NCBI RefSeq assembly: GCF_964355755.1
Contig: NC_092675.1
Location: 17,580,912-17,644,911 of the forward strand
From: Antedon mediterranea
Lineage: Eukaryota > Animalia > Echinodermata
Reading direction: 5' to 3'
DNA: 64,000 bases
Both the position numbers and the translations under genes were made by a program. This document shows positions 56,101-64,000 of this stretch, piece after piece. Under the pieces are notes generated by a model. The model had not been told where the DNA came from, searched no databases, and worked only from the letters and a program-made list of their open reading frames with translations. How positions within the stretch are numbered: position 1 is the stretch's first letter; the number at the start of each line of letters is the position of its first letter.

Positions 56101-59100
56101 CTCAGAAATGCTGTAACACAGAATGTGGTACAACTTGCAGTGAGCCAGTCACCATGAAAACACGTAAGGAAATCATTGTACTGTCTATTTAACAAAATGT
56201 AATATATCTTTTTAGGAGGGCCAGACTTAAAAAATTTGGCTTATGTGTCTTTATCACACAATGTATTACTTTGATGAATACTTTTACTCACACATTACAA
56301 AAACGACAAATGCGTAAGCTTTAGTCAATATATTGTAATTATATTCAAGCTGTAATAAACAGAAGAGGAACGTGTCACATGAAAGTCAACTTACAGTGTG
56401 TATGGTACAACATAATAAATGCATGATATTTCTTATTAAATTATCAATTAAATCCATACTCTTGTTCTTATTATCTTACATCACATAGCTAGTATATGTG
56501 TTAACATTCTCATTTAAAAGGAATAATTGAAATTTAACAGTAGGCCTATAATTATTCCTGTATCTTGAATTTATATATATATAATATATAAATCCAAAGG
56601 CAAATTACTGAAAAAATGATGATGCTGTGGCTATCAGTGCCTGAATCTCAATAGAGATACAAAAAAAAACATGAAAAGCTGATAAAGTAAAACAGCCAGA
56701 GCTTTCGGGTAACACTAGCCCTTCATCAGTGCAATATGTAATACATACCTATACCTACAGTACAGGCAATACTGAAGAGTATAACATTGTGTTCACTAAT
56801 GGAACGTCCACGATTGGCAGCTAGGCCAACCATCTATTTAACATGCCTTGTCTTCCCACAGCATAGGTGTACAATACCCATAGTTAGTACACCTCAAATA
56901 ATTATTGTATATAATATTTAAGATAACTATCAACTGAATCTAAGCACTAATTACATTGCAACAACTTATGATCATCATGACATTGGACAGGTATAACCTG
57001 TATACTATAAAGATGTTTTGGTAAACACATACCTGTAATGAACATAAAAATGAACTTGTCATATAAAATTAAAACTAGCTGATCCTTTAGGGTTATCTTA
57101 TAGCATAAACTATTTTTTTTAATAGTTTTTTTTTCAATGGGGGCTACAATACCTTTTATTGTTTTGATGTTGTGTGAATAAATGGATTTTTGCAAGAACA
57201 TTAGCATGCCAGATTAAGTAATATAATTATATGCCTGAGTCACTAAAAATGGTAACTCTCCATAAACCATCTAGCGCATCCCTAATTTAGTTCATAATAA
57301 TTGCATTCTACCACCAGTGGTTGTATTTATCGTCACACTTAAGTGAGATATTTCTTTTGAATATTAAGTATTTCACTTAGATTGAATTCCCTTAGATAGG
57401 AGATTTGTTTTTAAAGGGTAAGGTTTTCCTTAGTCTATTAAGTGTGAATGGTGCATACAGCCACAGGACTTTTAGCCAAAACATGGGTATCCTCCATTGT
57501 GAGAGTATTGATAAACAGGAAATATTAAACCGATAAAACATGATATGGCGGCCTCAAACATTGCAAAATAGAGACAGTGACTAACTAGTACCATCCAGAA
57601 ATTGTGTAATTAATAATGTTTAATGTAAGCCATTCATTATCTCATTTTAGCCACCTTGTTGAGAGTATGTCCTGCCACTATTCAAGATGTGAGCACTTGT
57701 AGTCGAACCTGTCAAACTACATCTGATTGTAGTAATGATGAAGCTTGCTGTACCACACTCTCTTGTGGTAGACAGTGTATCAAGGCAATTACCTATACAT
57801 CAGGTAGGGAATCTTTAGTTTCTGAAACCTTGTTTTTTTTTTTTTGCAATCCTGTTCCATATTTGATTAGATTTTTAAATAAATAATTTGTAATTTTGCC
57901 TTTTAATGTAGTTGCTTGTTTCTTCATATATATAAGAAGAATATCTCACTTAAGTGTGATTGTTGAATACAGCCACTGATCTTAACCTAATGTCCTATCT
58001 TTTGCATTATAATGTATGATAATGCCTATGAAAATTGCTCTCTTTTTTAAGCTCCAAAACCATGTGAAACTGAGAAAACAAACAAACCTACAAAAACTCT
58101 TGGAGGAACAACTGTCTCACTACAGGGTGTTCACACACCAAATTGTGGCCCAGGAGGTTACCATACACCAAAACAATGTGATTCTACCTCTGGTCTATGT
58201 TGGTGTGTCTCAGCTTGTGGAACTCCAATTCAAGGAACTCACACATCTGGACCACTTACATGTAGTAAGATAAACTGCACTTTTATTATTATTATTATTA
58301 TTCTTTTATTTCATATAAAACATCAAAAAAACATTAGACACCACCATGCCACAAGTTACCACTAGTGGCCAAAGGCCAGATTGTGGGTAACTTTTACATG
58401 CATGTACCTAGACCAATAAAAATATACAAAATAGAAACATACAAAATAATAAATTATACAAAAATGAGTGAAAATCAGGCGTTAAGCAGGCGGATAAAAT
58501 AAGGGATTGGGCTGTTACTGAAACGGGCGGTTCTGGATGGTAATTGTGAAATGTTATTACTATTACGGAGCAACCTCCCATGACGTTCAAACCGTGTCAC
58601 CGGTAAAAGATCGGCAGAATGAACAGTCTGAGATATTCCCTTGGCAAATTTGAGACTGTGAGCTATTCTCCTATCAGTAAGGGATGAGATGTTACAGACC
58701 TTTAGAGCTTTGTCATACGAACTAAAATCCCTTCCCAATATGGTACGGCATGCTCTGCGTTGGACAGATTCTATAGAGTTGCTAAGCGATTTGGTTAAGC
58801 CGGGGTGCCATACAACATCGGCATATTCAAGGAGGGGTCTAATATACCCACAGTAGACAGAGCATAGTTCATCAGGGTTGAAGCCAAATTTCTTTAGACT
58901 CCTTAAAATAAAAAGCTTCCTATTAGCCTTGAGGACAATATCCCCAATATGCTTATCCCATTTTAAGTTATTTTGTAACGTGACTCCAAGTATTTTAGCA
59001 TGAGTGACAAATGCTAGTTCGTTACCCCCGATATAAATTTTATTTTCAGGAATATTCCTTTTACTAAAACATATTTGTAGTGCCTGGCATTTAGCAGGGT

Positions 59101-62100
59101 TCAGGTCCATAATATTCCTTTTACACCAATCATGAAACTCATTAAGATCATGCTGCAAGTGACCTGGTTGTGTTATCTTACGATTTTCACTTTTCTTACA
59201 TTTTATTTATTTCTTAAAAATGTCAATTGAATTTGAATTTATATATATAATGTACAGTGCATGGTTAACATATTTACACAAAATGATATCACAAAAATTA
59301 GATGGGAAGCATACATATAAACAATTTCAAAATAACCAATCTTTATTTGAAAATATTAGTTTTTTTTTATCATAACCAACCTGGATAAAATAATGTGCTT
59401 ACAAAACTGGGAACACTCCTTGTAAACAAAATGCAATAATTTAATCAAATGTTTAGTTATTTTATTCAATAATTGTTTTAAGGATATGATGAACCACCAT
59501 GCCGAAAGGAGTACCAACATTTAAGTTCCATTGGCTTCGGAGCCAGACAAATATATTGTCGTCAAGATGGCTTCTATGAGTCTCGTCAGTGCCACGGCTC
59601 AATATGCTGGTGTGTCGACCGCTGTGGTAATGAAATCAAGGGAACAAAGGGATCAAGATCCACTGTAACATGTGGTATGTAATACAGTAAAAGAAACGGA
59701 TAAAATATAATGTAGTTTTCGATATCAAATGCTAGATATGGCGAAATATAACAAATATATTCTTACAAGTTTTTGTGAGATGGATTTTTAATTTATTATT
59801 ATTATTATTTATTCAGGCAAAAGATACATTTTACAAAATATAATACAAATCAACAAATTAAACAAACACAACGCAAAAGAAAATATAAAATCATAGTCAC
59901 TAGCTGCCAGGAAAGCACAAAAGCAGCCTAAGCCACTGTCACCAATTAGGTGTGTACCTCCAAAAACAACATATTTAACATTATTTTTGTCGGAATTATA
60001 AAATGTTTATTTCCATAAAATGCAGTAAAATTTACAAAAATTTGGTTGAACACATTCAATAAAATATATTAATTAGATGCATAAAATTGTCTTGAAAAGA
60101 ATTCATATGTTTATTATTGTTTATTGCCATAAAAATACAGTAAAATATTCCAGTATATTTTCAAAATGTGGTTGAAAACATTCAATAAAGAAATTGGAAA
60201 AAACATTCACAACAATAAAAAAAAAAAATAGCATAAAAATATTATACATTGCTTAATGGATACATACATACCTTTTCAGCCACAGGCAATTTAGGATAAA
60301 TTATATGCTGTTAACTGATTTATTACGATATTTTTATTTGATAATATCTCCCAGAGTGCCCTGGTAACGAGCATGCTTGGTTATGTAATCCAAGTCCATG
60401 CGACTCTATCACATGTGATACATACCCTAGTGCTACTTGCCGTGTCAACTTCTGCAGTGGATGTAAAGCAGAATTTTACGTCAATGATGTCAAAGTTGAA
60501 TGTGATACACGTACGTTATTGAATTTCCTTTTCTTTTTTTTGTATTCTGTATAGCTTTATTGGTCATGGACAAAAAAACTGTAATTTATAGAGTAGAGCC
60601 CCTTTTATAGGGACACCTTCAGGATCCAACAATGTATCTCCTGAGTAGGGGCTGTCAGTGGCTGTAGTGTAAACATATATTGCCCATTTCACAGAAAAGT
60701 ATCCCCTGAATAAAGGTGTCCCAAAAGATTGATTTGATATCAATAATAATAGAAGCTAATCCATGACAAGCTATAAAGACTATGTCAATGTTATAGTGAG
60801 AATAAAAATGTATTTATTATTTTTTAACAGAAAAACCATTAAAAAACAATCCATATAAATGTTGGTTTTCCTCATTTTAGCCAAGAATGGCATGTGCCCA
60901 ATCGCTGATCATGTCCGCCTTCCTCAGGAATGCACCAATGAATGCACAACTGATTCATCATGTCAAGGAACCAAAAAATGCTGCGAGTATGGCTGCAGTA
61001 CAATCTGCGTCAGTGCAGAACCACAATGTAAGTCTGACTTACCAAATTTATTTAAGGGTTCAAATCTGTGCTCCATAATATAATGTTAATAATAATATAA
61101 TAGTAACTTGTAGTGCTCAATGATTGGCATATTTGCATAGTACTAAATCCAGGCTGAACCATAAAATACCACAAGTTTTTTTTGTGGTAAATCCATCGTT
61201 GCTCTCTGTGTGTTCCATTGTGCTGGTTGCAATACATACTGTAGGCAGGTCTTGTTGGTCCTTTGTGCAACATGTACACTTTATAGAACACAGTTCGAAA
61301 AGGGTAGGGGATCATCTCCCGGTGTACTGAAACAAGTCTAAGGACTTTGTTGGTTGTCCTTAGTGCTAAACACTAATAATAACACAATACGTGCTCTACA
61401 AAGCTGCATGGGCATAGTTATGCCACTTACAATATACTTGTTTGTTCTATTTTAACATGAGTAAACAATAAATGAATTATAATTGTTTTTTAAAACCTTG
61501 TACACATGGATTTTGTTTTATAGTGAAGAACGGCCAATGCCCAGCCATTCCAGCCGATTACTATGGAAGCTGTACCAGTGAGTGTGCTGCTGATAGGGAC
61601 TGCAATGGCAAAGCCAAGTGTTGCTTCAATGGCTGTGGACGAATCTGTATGTTACCTCAACAAGAAAGTGAGTACTCTATATAAATGCATGAAGCTTTTC
61701 CATAAATTATTTAATATGAACCTTCCAAGCCTTTTACTTATTGTTAGATATATTTACTTAGTATAAATATTCAAGGGAATCCAACAACAGGACACTGAGC
61801 TCGCCTTGCCAATATAAGAAGTCGTAACAGTCCTTATGTCTGGCTGCGACAAATACCAACAGTACTGTACTACTATGTACATATTCTCAGCGATGTTGTC
61901 TGTTATGGGGTGTGGGACTGATCATGTCGCAGCCACAAATAAACCCTTTGTTTCCAGAGCTTGGTATAGTCAAGACAATTAACAAATAAGTTTTTTTCTG
62001 AATGCACTGGATCTTCTATGATCATTTGAGGGAGATTTTATAGTTTCATAGAATTTAAGAAGCAAATTTAATTCTCTTGTATTAATATTTATATTACAAT

Positions 62101-64000
62101 ATTTTTCATTCATATTTTTCGAATCCTAATATTTTTGCATTTTATCTGTTAGCCTTTGTTGGTCAGTGTCCATTCCCATGGGCTGATGTCAGTACATGTA
62201 ATGGCTACTCCAGCTCATGTGTCCACAATGGAGACTGTCCAACCAACCAAATGTGTTGTGAGAGTGGTTGTGGAAAACAATGCAGAGCTTCTGAAGGTGT
62301 TACATCAGGAACTACTACAGACACTAACAAAGCTGTTGTTACAACCAACGCCTTCTTGAACAGTAAGATGAACTGGATTTTTTGGTCACTATTATGTCCT
62401 TTTTCAATTTCTGCTTAAGACTGTAATTTATTTTACTATGAAATAAACATGCTTTTAAATTTATAATTTCAGAGAAGACAGGAATGTGCCCAGCTGCTAA
62501 ATATCTTCCTTGCTCTTACGTGCAAGAATGTGCTGTGGATTCCGATTGTACCGGAGAAAGCAAATGTTGTAACAATGGTTGTGGATTTGTGTGCACTGGA
62601 CCATGGACCAGCAGTAAGTATTATGATGTATAACATTCAGAAAATATTGGTTTACTTCAAGAAAGGTAAAGTTCTTTATAAATTTGATTTTGTTCATTTC
62701 AGCTAAATATGGTGTCTGTCCACGTGCTAGCGTGCAAGATGTTCTAACCAATGCAGCAAGCTGTACAACAGACATGAACTGCCCAGGCAACAGGAAATGT
62801 TGTAACATTGATGCTACACAGAAAGCTTGTGTCAATGTCTGGGAAAAAGGTAAGATATGGTTCTTTCACCAGCTTCCAGGTAATGGTGATAGCACTCCTG
62901 ATGGTTCACAGGAACATGTACCTTCCATATTGTTTGATTGTCAATTTGAGTGCGTGATTAGTGAAACTAATTATATTTTAGAAAGATGGAAATATTTAAC
63001 TTTTAAAAGGTTTTGATCATACAAATCAAATCAATCTTTTTATTCATCAATACAATACACATAACAAAATGAAAGAGTAATACATTTAATGTAGATCAAA
63101 GAGACCTCCAAGAAACCACAAGGAGGAGGCCCATTATAAACTAGTTTCAATAATGTTGAATGTGGTGCATGATAAAAAATAAACAACGGCAATTACCAAT
63201 CACCATTACAATAGTACTATGATTATATTTGCATATTTTGTAGTAACCAGTGGTCAGTGTCCATCATATACCAGCCTAGAGGTGACATCATGTGTGTATA
63301 CTGATGAGTGTGCTACTGATGTAGACTGTTTGATTTATGGAACTGGTAGAAAGTGTTGCTCAACACCATGTGGTGGCACCAAGTGCAAGGTTGCTGATGT
63401 CTATCCATGTAAGTCAATATCTGTACACTGATGTGATGACCCTGCTAGGTTTATACAGGTTGCCTTTCCAGAAATATTGTTCCTGAAAACAGAAAGAAAA
63501 GGGATTGCTATACAGATAGGTATCTACATCACCACTGTTAGTTTGTTTAGAATCTATTCAGGTCGGAAAAGCAGGCGCGGATATCAATTTCTTAAAGAAT
63601 TGTAAAACGTTCGGCGTTTTTCCCAGATACATTCTGGATTATAAATGTTCCTCAACTTCCTATCTTGAGTTGAGCACACACTACACCACTTTCTCTTGTG
63701 TGAGGTCCTAAACACGCCCTTGCATATTCTGTCTTTATGTGTGTATCTTACAACCATTCACTTCTAGAAAATTAAATAAATAGTTATGCATGAATGACTT
63801 CCTATTGTTTCCAGCATGTATGTACAAAGGCAAACAATACGTCCACCAAGACTTCTGGTCGCCAGACAGTTGCACAGTCTGCAAATGCTGGTCCGGTACT
63901 GCTAGGTGCACACAGAGGAAATGTCCACGCTACGATGCCACTAAATGTCAATCAGTCTACCGTGATGGTCAGTGCTGTCCAGATGTATACTGTGAATCAC
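50081..64000 (+). CDS. Secreted multidomain protease-inhibitor-like protein: signal peptide, 4 thyroglobulin type-1, 2 unassigned 8-Cys modules, 10 WAP (four-disulfide core), VWC; 19 exons, runs off the right edge
   Basis: Exons 50081-50131, 51726-51753, 51990-52199, 52349-52540, 52847-53062, 54730-54879, 55418-55561, 56008-56163, 57651-57803, 58052-58264, 59483-59674, 60355-60510, 60881-61027, 61524-61667, 62153-62362, 62473-62613, 62703-62849, 63244-63408, 63815->64000. All are GT-AG and join in frame. Motifs: QC...CWC (TY), GxCP...C..D.DC....KCC...CG..C (WAP), W.PD.C..C.C...GQCCP (VWC). Confidence 0.9.
51726..51753 (+). CDS. Small linker exon FPKIDRETD (phase 0 to phase 1)
   Basis: TAG| acceptor and |GTGAGT donor; supplies exactly the phase change needed to join the flanking exons. 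Confidence 0.75.
51990..52199 (+). CDS. Thyroglobulin type-1 exon 1
   Basis: PC...VPLC...GLYEPMQC...CWCTTKCG.EIP.TR. Confidence 0.9.
52349..52540 (+). CDS. Thyroglobulin type-1 exon 2
   Basis: YTPACDENGFFQPKQC...CWCITVCGQEV..TR. Confidence 0.9.
52847..53062 (+). CDS. 8-Cys module X exon 1
   Basis: CADG....CDQQNICNRLTCNGYPSAICRPNTCKGC...C. Confidence 0.85.
54253..54320 (+). pseudogene. Degenerate tRNA-derived SINE head
   Basis: TAGCTTGGTGGTTAAAG...GCCTTCCAA...TTCAATCC. Confidence 0.55.
54730..54879 (+). CDS. WAP exon 1
   Basis: KAGRCP...CSFRCNSDADCNGAHKCCSTGCGTKC. Confidence 0.92.
54832..55203 (+). repeat. 62-bp tandem repeat x6 containing the WAP1 exon 3' end and its 5' splice site
   Basis: Units start at 54832, 54894, 54956, 55018, 55080 and 55142. 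Confidence 0.95.
55418..55561 (+). CDS. WAP exon 2
   Basis: KWGSCP...CSYRCTSDFDCLGDEKCCSNGCGKVC. Confidence 0.92.
56008..56163 (+). CDS. WAP exon 3
   Basis: KVGTCP...CAVQCRSDEQCSSTQKCCNTECGTTC. Confidence 0.92.
56697..56732 (-). ncRNA. Minimal hammerhead ribozyme-like motif (Penelope-type)
   Basis: Minus strand CA-CTGATGA-AGGGCTAGTGTTACCC-GAAA-GCTC-TG. Confidence 0.5.
57315..57466. mobile_element. Small MITE; isolated half copy at about 57940-57979
   Basis: Ends CAGTGGTTGTAT...CACACTTAA and TTAAGTGTGA...ATACAGCCACAG. Confidence 0.6.
57651..57803 (+). CDS. WAP exon 4
   Basis: VCP...CSRTCQTTSDCSNDEACCTTLSCGRQC. Confidence 0.9.
58052..58264 (+). CDS. Thyroglobulin type-1 exon 3
   Basis: Manual translation KPCETEK...HTPNCGPGGYHTPKQC...LCWCVSACGTPIQGT. 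Confidence 0.9.
58283..59190 (-). mobile_element. 5'-truncated non-LTR retrotransposon (CR1/L2 group): RT C-terminus, 3' UTR and (AAT)n tail
   Basis: Track ORF 58475-59158 with LNPAKC, ILGV.LQNNLKW, IRPLLEYA.VVWH and IESVQRRA; possible TSD CACTTTT. Confidence 0.9.
59483..59674 (+). CDS. Thyroglobulin type-1 exon 4
   Basis: Manual translation PPCRKE...IYCRQDGFYESRQCHGSICWCVDRCGNEIKGT. Confidence 0.9.
60355..60510 (+). CDS. 8-Cys module X exon 2
   Basis: ECPGNEHAWLCNPSPCDSITCDTYPSATCRVNFCSGCKAEFYVNDVKVEC. Confidence 0.87.
60881..61027 (+). CDS. WAP exon 5
   Basis: KNGMCP...CTNECTTDSSCQGTKKCCEYGCSTIC. Confidence 0.92.
61524..61667 (+). CDS. WAP exon 6
   Basis: KNGQCP...CTSECAADRDCNGKAKCCFNGCGRIC. 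Confidence 0.92.
62153..62362 (+). CDS. WAP exon 7 with Thr-rich linker
   Basis: Manual translation VGQCP...CNGYSSSCVHNGDCPTNQMCCESGCGKQC...TSGTTTDTNK. Confidence 0.88.
62473..62613 (+). CDS. WAP exon 8
   Basis: KTGMCP...CSYVQECAVDSDCTGESKCCNNGCGFVC. Confidence 0.92.
62703..62849 (+). CDS. WAP exon 9 (6-Cys variant)
   Basis: KYGVCP...SCTTDMNCPGNRKCCNIDATQKAC. Confidence 0.88.
63244..63408 (+). CDS. WAP exon 10
   Basis: SGQCP...CVYTDECATDVDC...RKCCSTPCGGTKC. Confidence 0.9.
63815..64000 (+). CDS. VWC (chordin-type) domain exon, reaching the window edge
   Basis: CMYKGKQY...WSPDSCTVCKC..G..RC....CP......C...RDGQCCPDVYC. Confidence 0.9.

Noticed and set aside
62497-62835. Minus-strand ORFs opposite WAP/TY exons (also 52082-52399, 52788-53090 and 54707-54949)
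   Set aside because: Antisense shadows of real plus-strand exons

Overview
AT-rich, intron-containing animal (invertebrate) genomic DNA; the phylum cannot be fixed from sequence alone, though the repeat landscape looks like that of a marine invertebrate. The window holds two divergently oriented host genes. (1) Minus strand: the 5' part of a class IX myosin (N-terminal RA-like extension plus motor domain into the loop-2 insert), with 11 phase-consistent coding exons from 16362 down to 905, continuing off the left edge. (2) Plus strand: from 50081 to the right edge, a secreted cysteine-rich mosaic protein of at least about 1000 codons in 19 exons, with architecture signal peptide - TY - TY - X - WAP x4 - TY - TY - X - WAP x6 - VWC (TY = thyroglobulin type-1, X = an unassigned 8-Cys module); every domain sits on its own phase 1-1 exon. 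Between and within the genes lie: a complete-ended, internally deleted Academ-type DNA transposon whose transposase relic still has spliceosomal introns (20876-24358, TAG termini, CCA TSD), several MITEs with TIRs and TSDs, a Helentron/DINE-like element carrying a ~180-bp satellite, a DIRS tyrosine-recombinase relic, a young LINE fragment, tRNA- and 5S-derived SINE pieces and a Penelope-type hammerhead motif. Tandem duplications that copy splice sites occur in both host genes. All coordinates were read by eye and no database searches were run.
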